Source of the DNA: Macrostomum hystrix
Lineage: Eukaryota; Animalia; Platyhelminthes
DNA length: 64,000 bases
NCBI GenBank assembly: GCA_950097015.1
Contig: CATNEN010000003.1
Location: 5,394,001-5,458,000, forward strand
Direction: 5' to 3'
The position numbers and the translations under genes were made by a program. Positions 12,301 through 25,144 of the stretch are shown in pieces. The stretch's first letter is position 1. Each line of letters begins with the position of its first letter. The notes under the pieces were generated by a model that was not told the origin of the DNA, did no database searches, and saw nothing but the letters and a program-made list of their open reading frames with translations.

Positions 12301-15300
12301 CATTCGTCAGAAGTTGCATGAATGTCGAGCCAACCGCAGTACCATCAAGCAGCTGTCCGTGCAGACTTTCAAAGTTCCAGGTCGGTCTGTTGTCGTTAAC
12401 GTCAATCGGCCAGACTTCAACCACCGCGTACGCCTGCTGGATCCCGTTGGACGCGATGGCGTTGAAACGGTACACAGCGGACTCCTCTCTGTCTAGAGGT
12501 CGTGTGGTGGACAGAGTGCCTGTGGTCGGGCTGACGCTGAAGTACTGGGTGGGAGAGATTGTCCACCTGCCAGTTAGCGAGAAGCTCACAGGTAAAACTC
12601 CTCGACTTAGGGCAGAAAGCTAAAAAATGGCAAAATAAGCAGATTTTGGTTCAGGTCCTTGTTCAGGATCAAATAGAAAGCAACTCATTAGTGGAGGCGA
12701 TTCTCACCATCCAAATGGGCTGTGCCGGGTTATTCTCCGTGACATTAGTGATGTTGATAAAGGAGGAAGGTGTCAATTCCGGCGCTCGGTTGTACACGCT
12801 CACAACTGTAATATTGACCGTTGTGGTAGCCCTGTTCACTCCATCGCTGACTAGATAGGTGAGAGAGAAAATCTGGAACAGAATTCAACAGCAAGCACAG
12901 CATTTCTTTGGATTTTCATTCAGAAATTTATTCAGCTTAGAATCCCGCGTCAGCCGTGCGACATACCGGAGTGTCTAAAAACGACAATGGCTTGGCCACA
13001 ATAATGTCACCCGTGTCCACCTGCGTCATAAATTGATAAGTTGGATCGCCTGTTGAAATCTCGTAGCGCAGCAGGTCGTTAACATCTGGATCGCTGCCAT
13101 TCACTCGGCCAACAATCGTTCCGATGGCAGCATCTTCGCGAATCGAGAACACGTAACTGTTTCTAGGAAACACTGGCGGATTGTCGTTTATGTCGGTGGT
13201 CGCTATGGCCAGAGCGAGTGTTCCTGTGAGTTTTTATTTTAGATTTTTTCGTATTTTATTGCTAACTTTTTTACTAAAACAATACATAAAATATAAGCAT
13301 GAAGATGTCCAGACAATGTTCATGGACTGGGGGCCGTTACCAATCACTAAACCTTTTATCCTAACTGTTAAGACTAAATTTAACAGCTCCTTCCCATGCT
13401 GGAACAACTCCCTCTAGCACACTCACTGGAATTAGGACCAACAAGTCCCTCTAGCACACTCACTGGAATTAGGACCAACAAGTCTCTCTAGCACACTCAC
13501 TGGAATTAGGACCAACAAGTCCCTCTAGCACACTCACTGGAATTAGGACCAACAAGTCCCTCTACCACACTCACTGGTACTAGGACCAACAAGTCCCTCT
13601 AGCACACTCACTGGTATTAGGACCAACAAGTCTCTCTAGCACACTCACTGGAATTAGGACCAACAAGTCCCTCTACCACACTCACTGGTTCTAGGACCAA
13701 CAACTCCCTCTAGCACACTCTCTGGTATTAGGACCAACAACTCCCTCTAGCACACTCACTGGTTCTAGGACCAACAACTCCCTCTAGCACACTCTCTGGT
13801 ATTAGGACCAACAAGTCCCTCTAGCACACTCACTGGTTCTAGGACCAACAACTCCCTCTAGCACACTCACTGGTTCTAGGACCAACAAGTCCCTCTAGCA
13901 CACTCACTGGTATTAGGACCAAGAACCCCCTCTAGCGACGAAGGCGCTGAGTCAGACGCCACCACCTGAAGCCTGAACTGAGTCTGCCTGCCCTCAGCGT
14001 CGAAGGTGGTTGGCACTGTGTTCGTCCGGATAACGCCAGAATTCGGATCGATGGCAAAGTAGGCGGTATCGTTTGAAGCTGCGGCATCCAGCGAGTACAC
14101 GACCTTAGTAGAAGATGTAACGGTTTGAGACATTAAGACACCAAAGTATTTGTGCATAATATTGGAACTTTGCGAAACTTTTGACAGGCATTGTGCGCAC
14201 AGAGAGCTGAAGCCTAATCTCATAGGAATGATACACAGTAGCCAGGTAGATTAGAGCTTCTTACGCGTCTAAACGCCGCAGTAGAATCCAAATCGACAGC
14301 GAACGCCTGAGTGACAAAGGTCCCACGTGAAGAGTTCTCCAGTACATAGACTGTACCGATGTAGCCTCGGGTTATGAAGCTCGGCCACCAGTTGTTGACA
14401 TCCTCAATCAGCACGCGTTTATAAACGTCTGTGTAAATCTCGCCAATCTGCAGGTCGCGGTCTTTGTAGCTGGTTCTTGATCTCACGTAATAGATGTTGT
14501 AGTTCTCGTAGGCGAAGCTGCGTGTCACAGCCATGCTGCAGGTGTTTGAGGTGCACGACGTACTGGACACGCTGCGCATGCCAAAGTGCTGATCAAACGG
14601 CGCGTTTGTCGGCACATAGTTGGCCCTGCCAGGCTCGTACCACTCGTAGGGACGACTTGCCCCGTCTGGCGATGAGGCCGTCATGTTGTACAACAGCGAC
14701 ATTATTGCAATGTTCTCCCTCACAAGCATAGTTGGATCTGAAGGCTGTATTGCTGAAAATAGAAATTGAAAATTGCTTTTAAGAAACTCATTAGCAGCAA
14801 CAGTGGGCTATTGGTTGAGCAGCCTAACGCGTTTGCTCAAGGTCCTTGAGCTCGATTCCGCGGCGAGGCCCGTGAAATTTATGTCATTGAAGGCTAACCG
14901 CTAAAGCAGAGCGACTGTGAACACTACCTGGCGATGAGAAAGTCAGGGCAGATGTACAAACCTGTGAGAGTCTGTGCTCAGGAATCAGGGGAAGGGGCAG
15001 AATTGCCCCCCTCACTGGCTGAGTTTCAGCAGCAAAAAGTAATGACCAATGCCCACAACCCCCTTTAAACCAAGGACTAATAATAGTTAGAGGCTACTTT
15101 AGTAGTATTTGCTGCAAATATTATTGACTCTAATATTTCCTATAGTCCACAAGTAGACACAATATCCTTAAAAAAGCTGCCTAGTTAGTAACACTTTTTT
15201 CTTATATATCGTCAGTTTTTCAAAAGCAATAATTTTCTGAAAGATCGTAACTTTTTGTTCCAGAAACTACTTACTGACAATGGGAGGCAGAAGGGCTCGG

Positions 15301-18300
15301 TTCGTGGTGACATAGATGCGGTACAGCTTCCTGTTCCATGTTTTGGTAGATACAACCAGCGGCACTGGGTTTCTGGCCTCAATAATGAGATCGAAAAAAG
15401 ATTTATCCGCAAATCCAGACAGTATGCTGCTAGTCCTTATGGTGCCTAGGTTGTTGGTTGACGATATGGTGAAGGTGGCAGTGTTCGGTGTCGTGCTGAT
15501 GATGACGTATTCCACAGCGGAGAGCTGTGTGTTCGGTCCATCCGGGTCATAGGCTAGAATCTCTCCAACAAACGAGTTACTCGGCGAATTAGCGTCAATC
15601 ACTCGAGTCAGCAAGGTGTCCTGATCGTACACCGGCACCTCGTCGTTAATGTCGATGAAATTCACTTGGAAGGTGCAGTAGGAAGACATGCCGTTGAAGA
15701 TGTTGGTAGCCCTGGCAGTTAGCCAGAAGTAGTTCTTCAGGGTGACCATCGGGCTCTGCTCGATGTCAATGACTGAGCTGGCCGATACCAGGCCGCTGGT
15801 GGCATTCACCTTGAAGTAGTCCTCGGGTGCCGAGATTAAAGTGTTGTACACAATGGCGTACTCAATGCCACCACGTGTGCTTCCGTCCGGATTTGTAGCC
15901 TCGAGCTGGAAGGAGATTTTTTGTCGCTCTGAATTATATAAATCACTGGTCCTTCATTTTCTGGATGGCTGCGGGCAATGGCACATCATTTGGTGACACT
16001 AGACCCGCTACCAGCGAGGAGGCAATTCTGCCCATTACGCTGACTCCTGAGCACACACTCACACAGGTGTGTACATCTGCCCTGACTTTCTCATCGTCAG
16101 GCAGTGTACCATCTCACCGTGTCTTGGAGGTTGGCCCTCAATGGCGCAAATTGCACGACAATCCCCCAAGTCTTTTCTCCGCGGCTGCGCCCCAAATGAA
16201 TGAGGCCTTGCCGCGGAATCGAGCTCAGGGAACTTGTTGCGAGAGGTGAACGCGTTGCTCTGCGACTCAACCCCGCCCAGGGATTAAATCTACGGCAAAT
16301 TGGTTATCTGACTAGCTTTTATAGGTGCCAAAAGTTTGACTGCTTCATGACGATTGGCTGGAAGGTTTGTTCCCCACTGCCACAGAGGGGTATTATCAAA
16401 TTTATCAAACTGCGGGCGATAAATTTTAAAACATCGAGGAACGTACAATAGGACTTTTAGAGTAGCTAAAAATAGCTTCCAATGAACAGCAACCGTATGA
16501 CAATCCAGCAGTTAAACATCATCCCCCTGCTCAGCCAACTCAAACTGGCAGAATTTTTTCAGCACAGTTCAAGTCGAACTCACCGTGAACAACGGCGTAT
16601 TCACTGGCGATTGTTCAGTGAAACTTGGACTGCTAGTTGGGCAATTAGTAAATATCGGTGCCAGGTTGTTCAAGTCCACAATAGTGAGAGCTAGGTAGCC
16701 AATCTGGCTGCTCAGCGGATTGTTGATCCCGGTTGGGCAGCCGTCGCAGCTGCCATCGTCTATGGCTCTAATCGGAATCTCCAATCGTGCATCGTTTATA
16801 GCCGACAAAGTGGCAGCGCCGACTGTCACAATGCCAGTCTTGGTGTCTATGGCCAGTTGCGCACTCGATGGAGACGGGTACTGCGCGCTTGCAGCTGTAA
16901 ATTTGATGAATACTAGCTGCTAGCTGTTCAGGTTACTCATCTGCTGGACAGACTGTTCGCCTGTTAGACACACTTCTAAACTGTTAGATAGTCCGTTCAC
17001 CTATTATACAGACTGTTCACCTGTTAGACAGGCTGTTCAACTGTTAGACAGGCTGTTTTACCGTTAGACAGGCTGGTCACCTATTATACAGGCTGTTTTA
17101 CTGTTAGACAGGCTGTTTAACTGTTAGACAGGCTGTTTTACTGTTAGACAGGCTGTTCACCTGTTAGACAGGCTGTTCACCTGTTAGACAGGCTTTTCAC
17201 CTGTTAGACAGGCGGTTCACCTGTTAGACAGGCTGTTTTACTGTTAGACAGGCGGTTCACCTGTTAGACAGGCTGTTCAACTGTTAGACAGACTGTTCTG
17301 TTCACCTGTTAGACAGACTTTTCACCTGTTAAATAGGCTGTTGACCTGTTAGACAGGCTATTTTACTGTTAGATCGGCTGTTTTACTGTTAGACAGGCTG
17401 TTCACCTGTTAGACAGGCTATTCACCTGTTAGACAGGCTATTTTACTGTTAGATCGGCTGTTTTACTGTTAGACAGGCTGTTCACCTGATAGACAGGCTG
17501 TTCACCTGTTAGACAGGCTATTTTACTGTTAGATCGGCTGTTCACCTGTTAGACAGGCTATTCACCTGTTAGACAAGCTATTTTACTGTTAGATCGGCTG
17601 TTTTACTGTTAGACAGGCTGTTCACCTGATAGACAGGCTGTTCACCTGTTAGACAGGCTATTTTACTGTTAGATCGGCTGTTCACCTGTTAGACAAGCTG
17701 TTCACCTGTTAGACAAACTTTTAAAATGTTTTACAGGCTAGTTTATGCTCTTCTCGGATAGACAAAGTTTTAAATCTATTAGGTTGCACTCCTGCATTTG
17801 CTTGTCAATTGATAAGAGGTGGTAGTTTGCGAGAATTTTATTTAAAACTGATTAAAATCGTGTTATTTTCCTTCGCAGAAGGGATTAGATATATAGCGTT
17901 AGTTTTTTATTATCGTATTTCCTATCTGCAACAGAGAAACGAAAGGTAAAAATAGTCCAATGTCCTCACCGCCAGTCCAGAAGTAGTAGTTCACACCAGA
18001 GCCGTCAATATCTTGAGCCTGAATCTGAATTATGATCACACCAGCGATGGCTTTGCGTTGCACTGAAGCCGAGAAATTTCGCATCTGAGGCGGATTGTCG
18101 TTGTAATTCTGCAGCGGAATCAGCACGCTGGCGGATGGCTGCTGAGAAACCCCACTTGTCAAGCCGTCAGAAACTGAGATTGTGAACTGAGCGACACGAT
18201 TCACTACTGGTAGTGACTCGTAGTCCAGTGGACTGTGGGTAGCGCGAATTTCAATAGTCAGATGAAGTTTTGATTGTCATTTCCTTCTCCTGTCATCTAT

Positions 18301-21300
18301 GGGGATTCTGTCACTTCCCTGTCCTGTTGTCTATGGTGATCTGTCACTTCCCTGTCTTGTTGTCTATGGGGATTATGTCACTTCCCTGTTTTGTTGTCTA
18401 TGGTGTTCTGTCACTTTCCTATCCTGTTGTCGATGGGGATTATGACACTTCCCTGTCTTGTTGTCTATCGGATTCTGTCTATTTCCATTTCTTGTTGTTT
18501 ATGGTGATTCTGTCACTTTCCTGTCCTGTTGTCTATGGGGATTATGTCACTTCCCTTTCTTGTTGTCGATGGGGATTCTGTCACTTCCCTTTCTTGTCGA
18601 TGGGGATTAAGTCATTTCTCTTCCCCTCACCTCTGAACATAGATGATAGCCTCCCGCGTCACAGGATCGGTGCTGACATTGAACCAGCCGCTGTTGATTC
18701 CACTGAGTGTGTAAGCTAGCAGAGCATTAGGCGCGGAATCCAAATCAAATCCCGGTACTCGATAGACCTCCGAGTTTAACGCTAGATTTTCCAGAGTCCG
18801 CGTTGGCTTCACATAGTAGGGCAGCTGGAAGTACGGTCGATTGTCGTTGATGTCTAGCAGGCGGATGATTACTTCGACCTCCGACGATCTCGGCGTCGGG
18901 TCCGTGGCATTCTCGGTGCACACGGCTGTGAAGTACCAGATTTTCTGAGCCAACGGTCGATCATAGTCCAGCCTGGCCAATGACGATACCGCACCATTGA
19001 TATCCATGACAAACACGCCAGACAGATCAGGGCCCATCTTGGATGACAGGGTCACCGTAGACCACATGTTGTTGATGGACTTGCAGAGCACTTGGCCAAT
19101 GCTGCGAGAGGAAGGAAGGATGGAATTCGTGAATGAGATTCATGGGCAAGATTCGAGATTAGTTTCTTTGGAAAAAAAGGTTTATAATAATAAATAAAAT
19201 GACGCTTTTAGCTACTTAAAGTAGGCAACAATTTTAAATTACTCTTTTTTTAATTTCGTGGTCGTAAGCGTAAGGTCGTAAACTCGAAGAAGCATAACTA
19301 GTACGAGTACGTAGCTTAAATGTAGTAGCAGCCCAAAAATAGAGTCGAAAACAATCAGAGAATATCGCAGGCACATTTTAACCCAGTAGCTTCACAATAC
19401 TCAAAATAATTATTTGTACACTGAGGATTTCCATTACTTTGCTATAAATAACTAGTCTAACATTTAGTGCCACAGCTAGATACAATATTGATGATACAAT
19501 ACGGATGATTGATGATGAATAGAAACGTAAGGTATACCTAAACTACACCATAAAAGCTTGCCTGACAGGTGCCGACTCCTCGTACAGGTAGAACTGGTAG
19601 CTGTCCTGTGAGAACTGTGGATTCTGGTAGGTGGTGTACACTCGTACAAAGGCGTAGCCATACTTAGTCAGCGGTGTCAGGCTGTCTGGGTTGATGGCAC
19701 GAACGCCCAGATCGTATCTCTTCGGCGCCGGCGGATAGCCGTCATTTAGCATGGTCACAACGTAGCCTAGATCGGGCACAACCCGAAATCGACCCTCCGA
19801 CCTGTTGTTCATGCCCGGTATGAAGTCATAGGCCAAAGCGGAGGTCATATTAGTGGGAACTGAGACCTAAAATCATTGGGTTAGAAAAGAAGGCTCCGTT
19901 TGTCAAGCAGACTAAAATAGGCATCTATGAAGACGTTGTGGTCTTTTGTCGCGCTCTGAAAATAATTGCAGGAGTGCTGCGGGCAATGGCACATCATTGG
20001 GTAGACTCGCAGCCAGCCAGGAGGCAATTCTGCCCATTTCGCTGACTCCTGAGCACACACGCACACACAGGTGTGTACATCTGCCCTGACTTTCTCGTCG
20101 TCAGGCACTCTCACTCTGCCTTGGAGGTTGCTCCTCAAGGGTGTAAATTGCACGACAGGCCACCAAGCCTTCTCTCCGCGGCTGCACCCCAAGTGAATGT
20201 GGCCTCGCCGCGGAATCGAGCGCGACATTGAAACCGTTAAAAAACCGTTCATGGTTCTTCTCTGTCTCAGGGACATTGGCGTGAGACGCGTTAACGCTCT
20301 GCCACTGACCCCCATGCACTAAGGTAAATTATGGGTGGGTGTGGCGTCCCTCCCAGTCTATGGACTGAACATTATTACGCAGCGTTCAGAAATGCCACGC
20401 GATAGCTGCAGCTATGCTCGGCTGTACATCTGGCCCCAATTATCAAATGCTTTTTTGGATCAGCCCTCATAAATTGTTTGAAAAGCCCCTAAGCCATCTC
20501 TCCGCGGCTGCGCCCAAAATGAATGTCGACCTTGTTAGACCACTCCGCCACTCAACCACCTTCTTAATCATACCTTTAACGGGTAGACCATCGCACCGTC
20601 CATGGTCAGTGTCTGGCGATACAACACAGACAAGATGTTCTTAGAGAATGGCAGAATCACTGGCCTTGATGAAGTTGATTGTACTTGAATTCGATAATCA
20701 AGTCGACGATACACTGAAGTGTGGGTTAGTATTAATACCTAATATAGATCCAAAGAGCCACGAAATCAACTTTCACCCAGCCCAGTGGTTAGAGCTACGG
20801 TATTCTGTCCTACTTGTTCAAGGCAATGGCGTAGCCAGGACTTTCGTAGCTACAGGATTTTTGTCTAAAGGTGGGCGCGCCTTTGGGGGCGCCACTACCA
20901 CACCGGGGCGCCACTACCACACCGGGGCGCCACTACCACACGGGGGCGCCACTACCACACAGTGGGCGCCACTACCACACGAAGGTACCACTACCACACG
21001 GGGGCACCACTAACACACGGGGGCGCCACTACCACTCGGGGGCGCCACTAACACACGGGGGCGCCACTACCACACGGGGGCGCCACTAACACACGGGGGC
21101 GCCACTACCACACGGGGGCGCCACTAACACACGGGGCGCCACTACCACACGAAGGCGCCACTACCACACGGGGGCGCCACTAACACACGGGGGCGCCACT
21201 ACCACTCGGGGGCGCCACTAACACACGGGGGCGCCACTACCACTCGGGGGCGACACTAACACACGGGGCGCCACTACCACACGAAGGTGCCACTACCACG

Positions 21301-21884
21301 AAGGTACCACTACCACACGGGGGCACCACTAACACACTGGGGCGCCAATACCACTCGGGGTGCCACTACTGACCACTACGCCCCTGACTCAAGAGAAATA
21401 ACTTCCATAGACTGAACAGCTGTACAAAGTCATTGGAAACGCCTTGCCTTTCTGCGAGGGTCTTCTAGGAATCTACGAGGTACTCGTTTACACATTTTCA
21501 GATCTGATGCAACTCACATCCTCTTCCGTCGATGGTTCGAGCCAGCACAGTGAAGTCAATTTGTCGCCTGTCTGGTCGCGCGTAGCTCAAATCCTGTCCG
21601 ACTCGAAGCGACACAGCGCCGGTGATTGAGTCGATCGCGAGCTCCGGAGGCTGCGGCACGTCGATGACGTAACGCTCGAAGAGATTCGTCGGAGTCACCG
21701 CGTTGAACAAAAGACCTCCAGGCTCAACGCTGTCATTCACTGAGACTACAATGCGACTCGGGCCGCTAGTCTGACGCCTGACGCGAGACTCCGTCTGACT
21801 CGATGACTGGACTGTGATAGGAACAGCATGACCAAGCGCTAGAAGCTGGCTAGCAAATGCCAATAGAACTATGAACAGTTGCAT
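6325..21884 (-). CDS. Non-chordate classical cadherin (DN-cadherin/type III-like): signal peptide, many EC repeats, NC/PCCD region, EGF-LamG-EGF-LamG-EGF, TM, catenin-binding tail
   Basis: Phase-consistent exons: 21884-21518, 20713-20574, 19866-19562, 19101-18631, 18232-17970, 16894-16584, 15905-15275, 14752-14265, 14103-13908, 13223-12967, 12872-12708, 12619-10987, 10900-10789, 10697-8421, 7942-7716, 7612-7508, 7416-~7333, ~6747-6325 (last junction uncertain). Motifs: DxNDNxP, LDRE/LDYE, DKDDWD, LamG (DGRWH, DGAWH), p120 site ENVIDYNEEGGG, beta-catenin region YEGRG...YDFLASWGPRF, furin-like RVRR after the signal peptide. Confidence 0.95.
6795..7110 (-). mobile_element. tRNA-derived SINE family 1 copy (5' part of head missing), in last cadherin intron
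   Basis: Collinear with the copy at 62288-62652 (gaggaggcaattctgccc, caggtgtgtacatctgccctgact, ggaatcgagctca). Confidence 0.9.
8205..8335 (+). mobile_element. SINE family 2, 3' fragment (degenerate)
   Basis: cagtccatggactg ... gctgcaaatctggccc ... caggtgtgatcaattatt matches the reverse complement of 50095-50225. Confidence 0.6.
13410..13935. repeat. 37-bp minisatellite made of the cadherin exon 3' end plus its 5' splice site, 14 copies
   Basis: Minus-strand unit CTAGAGGGACTTGTTGGTCCTAATACCA|GTGAGTGTG; the first copy is the real exon junction at 13908/13907. Confidence 0.95.
14805..15065 (+). mobile_element. SINE family 1, diverged copy
   Basis: aacgcgtttg..gagctcgattccgcggcgaggcc, gatgagaaagtcagggcagatgtaca, ggggcagaattgcccc. 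Confidence 0.85.
15965..16275 (-). mobile_element. SINE family 1 copy
   Basis: Near full-length match to 62288-62652. Confidence 0.9.
16940..17720. repeat. 20-bp intronic minisatellite (CTGTTAGACAGGCTGTTCAC)n
   Basis: Direct tandem periodicity; the unit contains the inverted repeat CTGT-tag-ACAG. Confidence 0.96.
18285..18612. repeat. About 34-bp degenerate intronic minisatellite (tgtcacttccctgtcttgttgtctatggggattc)
   Basis: About 9-10 diverged copies filling the intron. Confidence 0.9.
19962..20312 (-). mobile_element. SINE family 1 copy with a ~45-nt insertion in the tRNA head
   Basis: Full head-to-tail match; extra sequence between CCCTGAG and CTCGATTCC. Confidence 0.88.
20330..20445 (+). 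mobile_element. SINE family 2, body/3' fragment
   Basis: gtgtggcgtccctcccagtctatggactgaacatta and ggctgtacatctggccccaatt match the reverse complement of 50115-50200. Confidence 0.7.
20824..21386. mobile_element. hAT-like MITE carrying an internal GGGGGCGCCACTACCACAC minisatellite
   Basis: Ends CAATGGCGTAG ... CTACGCCCCTG (imperfect TIR); flanks gttcaagg / actcaaga match 5 of 8 (possible decayed TSD); array at 20884-21370. Confidence 0.6.
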
Positions 21885-23134
21885 TTCGAACTGACAATCT
21901 ATGAAACTGCTCGGCTGTCAACCTTTCCAGATTTGATCGAAGAATTTGCTTGACAATTTCCTTAGTTTAAATAGTTCCTCTCCCTATTCTAATGTTGGGG
22001 AAACGTGTGCAACGCGGCGCAGCCAATTGGTTGATTACCGGGTGTGACAACTCTTGGAGACAGGCTATTTTCCTGAAGCGGAAGAAATACCAGTCTAGAT
22101 TCTCTTAGTCTGCTCTCTGTCTCTCTCTCTCCTTATTGTTTTCAGTTTTTAGCAGCAGCAGCAGCAGCAGTTAGCAGTGAGCTCAACGCCCGATTTGGTG
22201 CAGTGAGCTAGTCGGTCTGTTTCTAAATCTGTCTTCATGTGTAGGCTATACCTGGTGAGTGAGTGAGGGAGAGTGAGAGATTATTGGGATAGGTGGATGA
22301 GCGACTTCGGGGGTTGCTGAGCACGGCATGACTCAGCTACTATAGATCTTTCCTGGAATGTAGGGCGATTATAGAGGCTTAGCCTTGGGAAACGCCCCTC
22401 TTTCATTCTCTTCCCACAAAGTGTACTTTCCAATAGCTGGAGAGGTATAAAGTAAAAATTTCAGGGCCTGGGACGAGCGATGAGGAGCTGTGCAAGGAAT
22501 GCGCTGTACAGTCAGTGGGAGAATTGAGAGTGGAGAGGAGAGGAGAAATGACAGGGGGACAGGACAGCTGCCTATTGTAAAACAGGTCGTCTCAGGTGAA
22601 ATGTTTGGAGGAGTCCACAGTATGCAGTACGCAACTGCACTATATTTGATCTAAGAACTTTGAATTTCAAGTACACAAAAGTAAAATTGAATGAATGGCA
22701 TAAATTTAACTGTGCTTCTTCCGATGAAAGAGCTGGTATAATTTTACTTTTAATTATTACTGCATTAACAATGGCAAGCTTGGAGCTTGGAGTGAGAGTT
22801 TTGGAGTTTTTAAGGCTGCGTACATTGATGGTCAGTCCTCAGTAGGGTATTTCAAATCACGGGGGTATTTCAAATCAAATACCCCAAATTTCTCTTTTTT
22901 CTGTACCCCCCAAAACATTCAGCCAATTGCCATGAATATCCAGAACACTTGCTAAAATTTTCCGCTCTAATCGATGAAGCGACTATCAGAACCAGAAAAC
23001 GTCGACATCGTCAAGATATTCAACGATTCTCGTTGGGGCCTCTGTTGGAGAAAAGGCAGTGTTTTTTGCTCACAAAATTTCATCATCGAACCATGTCGGC
23101 TGTAATTGTTGATGATATAATTGGCCTACTAATT

Positions 23135-23470
23135 GGCGCGACTAACACACGGGGCGACACTAACACACGAAGGTGCCACTACCACACGGCGGCGCCACTA
23201 CCACACGAAGGTGCCACTACCACACGGCGGCGCCACTACCACACGAAGGTACCACTACCACACGGCGGCGCCACTACCACACGAAGGTGCCACTACCACA
23301 CGGCGGCGCCACTACCACACGAAGGTACCACTACCACACGGCGGCGCCACTACCACACGAAGGTACCACTACCACTCGGCGGCGCCACTACCACACGAAG
23401 GTGCCACTACCACTCGGGGGCGCCACTAACACACGGGGCGCCACTACCACTACCACTACCACTACCATCA
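23135..23470. repeat. 19-20-bp minisatellite (GGCGCCACTACCACAC family), same family as 20884-21370
   Basis: Shares the diagnostic units acgaaggtgccactaccac and acgaaggtaccactaccac. Confidence 0.93.
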
Positions 23471-23639
23471 CCAGGATCTTCGACAAGAACCGCTCAATAT
23501 CTCACCAGTGCATGTCGAATGGCTTTGAAAGTTCGTTCATCGTTAAGAGGGTCATTCGGTTTGGGAGCTATCTTGAAGTAGGCAGTGGGTGTTTGAAATG
23601 CCCCCTTCCACTGATAGCAGCTTAGTGAAAGCCATGCGG

Positions 23640-23725
23640 AGTTCAGTGTTTTGCTTAAGGACATAAATTGTTCCACTCGAGTCGGGAATCGAACCCCTAA
23701 CCTTCAAGTCGTGACTCCGACGCAT
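23640..23725 (-). mobile_element. SINE family 2, head fragment
   Basis: ggaatcgaacccctaaccttcaagtcgtgactccgacgc matches 50276-50314; B box GGTTCGATTCC on the minus strand. Confidence 0.8.
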
Positions 23726-24189
23726 AATGAGTCTGAAGCATGCTAAAATGCTAATAATAAATTACGAGTATGACTACCAAAAATTTTACATCTAAGCGCA
23801 TTGAAAAATTCAGGAAAAAACTAAAGAATTTGCCAGTTAAGGCATGCCAGACAGACAGACAGACATGTGTGCTGTGTGGCCTCATGCAGTCATGCGAGCA
23901 TGTGTTTACCGTGAGCATACACGCACACAGGCACACACTTTATTTTATGTCCACAAAAACTCTTTTTAGCTCTGCATTTTCAGACAAAAGCAATCCAACA
24001 CTAAATGCACGCTCTAAACTAAAAACCATCAGAGAAGCAATCGTTCTAAAATAATTTTTTACATATTCAGGATTTTTGTTTTCGCATTTGAAGCTTTCGG
24101 TTTGACGTTCGCAAATAGAGCTAGATTCAACTATAGTTCTCGAGTACATTGTGGCTTGGTACTGTACACATTAATGTTGCTCATATAAC

Positions 24190-24538
24190 AATAATAATTT
24201 CTGGAGGGCTGCAGGCAATGGCACGTCATTTAGTGACACTAGACCCGCAGCCAGCGAGGAGGCAATTCTGCCCATATTGCTGACTCCTGAGCACACACGC
24301 ACACACATACCGTACGCAGGCTCACGCTCACACAGGTGTGTACATCTGCCCTGACTTTCTCATCGTCAGGCAGGGTGCACTCTCACTGTTCCTAGGAGGT
24401 TCGTCCTCTAGGGTGTAAATTACAAGCCCCCAAGCCTTCCCTCCGCGGCTGCGCCCTAAACGAATGGGGAATCGACGTGGAATCGAGCTCAGGGACCTTG
24501 GTGCGAGAGGCAAACGCGTTAAACGCTCTGCCACCGAC
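24190..24538 (-). mobile_element. SINE family 1, full-length copy
   Basis: tRNA-like head (GTCGGTGGCAGAGCG..GAGCTCGATTCC), conserved body, (ATT)n tail. Confidence 0.92.
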
Positions 24539-25144
24539 ATCCTTTCTGTTGTTCAATGAATATTTTTCTGTCTCGTCTATGTCTCGTCTATGAAATATAC
24601 CAAAATGGCATTCAATAGCAACTAAAAGTATTTAAAAAACTTCCGTGCTACTTTGATAAACTGACAGTGTTCTACGGCTAATTTACTGTTAGGGGATCAT
24701 GTTCAGCTTACGCACTGTAACTGTTATCTGTAATCAAATTTCGCTATTGCATGATGAAAAATTAATTTTCGAGCTGCTTAAAATAAGCTGCTAAACAGAT
24801 TCAGTTCGCTGCAATGGGACCTCCCACAGAGCATCCACTCCTGGCTTAAACAGTTTGCCACTCACTACGCTTTAAGGAGGCCAAGATTCTAGGACTCAAA
24901 GCCTTCGTTCTCACACTCCTTTTGTGCTACCAACCGAAACTATTCTTCCGTGCTTTTTGAGTTCTGTCGCCAGTACATGCTCCCTGCTACAGTATTTGTG
25001 CACACACTATTGTAAATAAGAGATAACGTCTACGAGTATAACAATGTCTGACCCTGGTTTAGACATTTAATGTATATATATATTTTTATATTTCCTACCG
25101 AAAAAATTTCCTACCGAAGTTCAAACCGACTGAAGTTTCCTCAG

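Noticed and set aside
8466-12623. Plus-strand ORFs overlapping cadherin exons
   Set aside because: Antisense shadows of GC-rich coding exons with no motifs.
13410-13935. CRISPR array (37-bp repeats); also considered for 25145-26030 and 34250-35370
   Set aside because: Head-to-tail units with no unique spacers and no cas genes.
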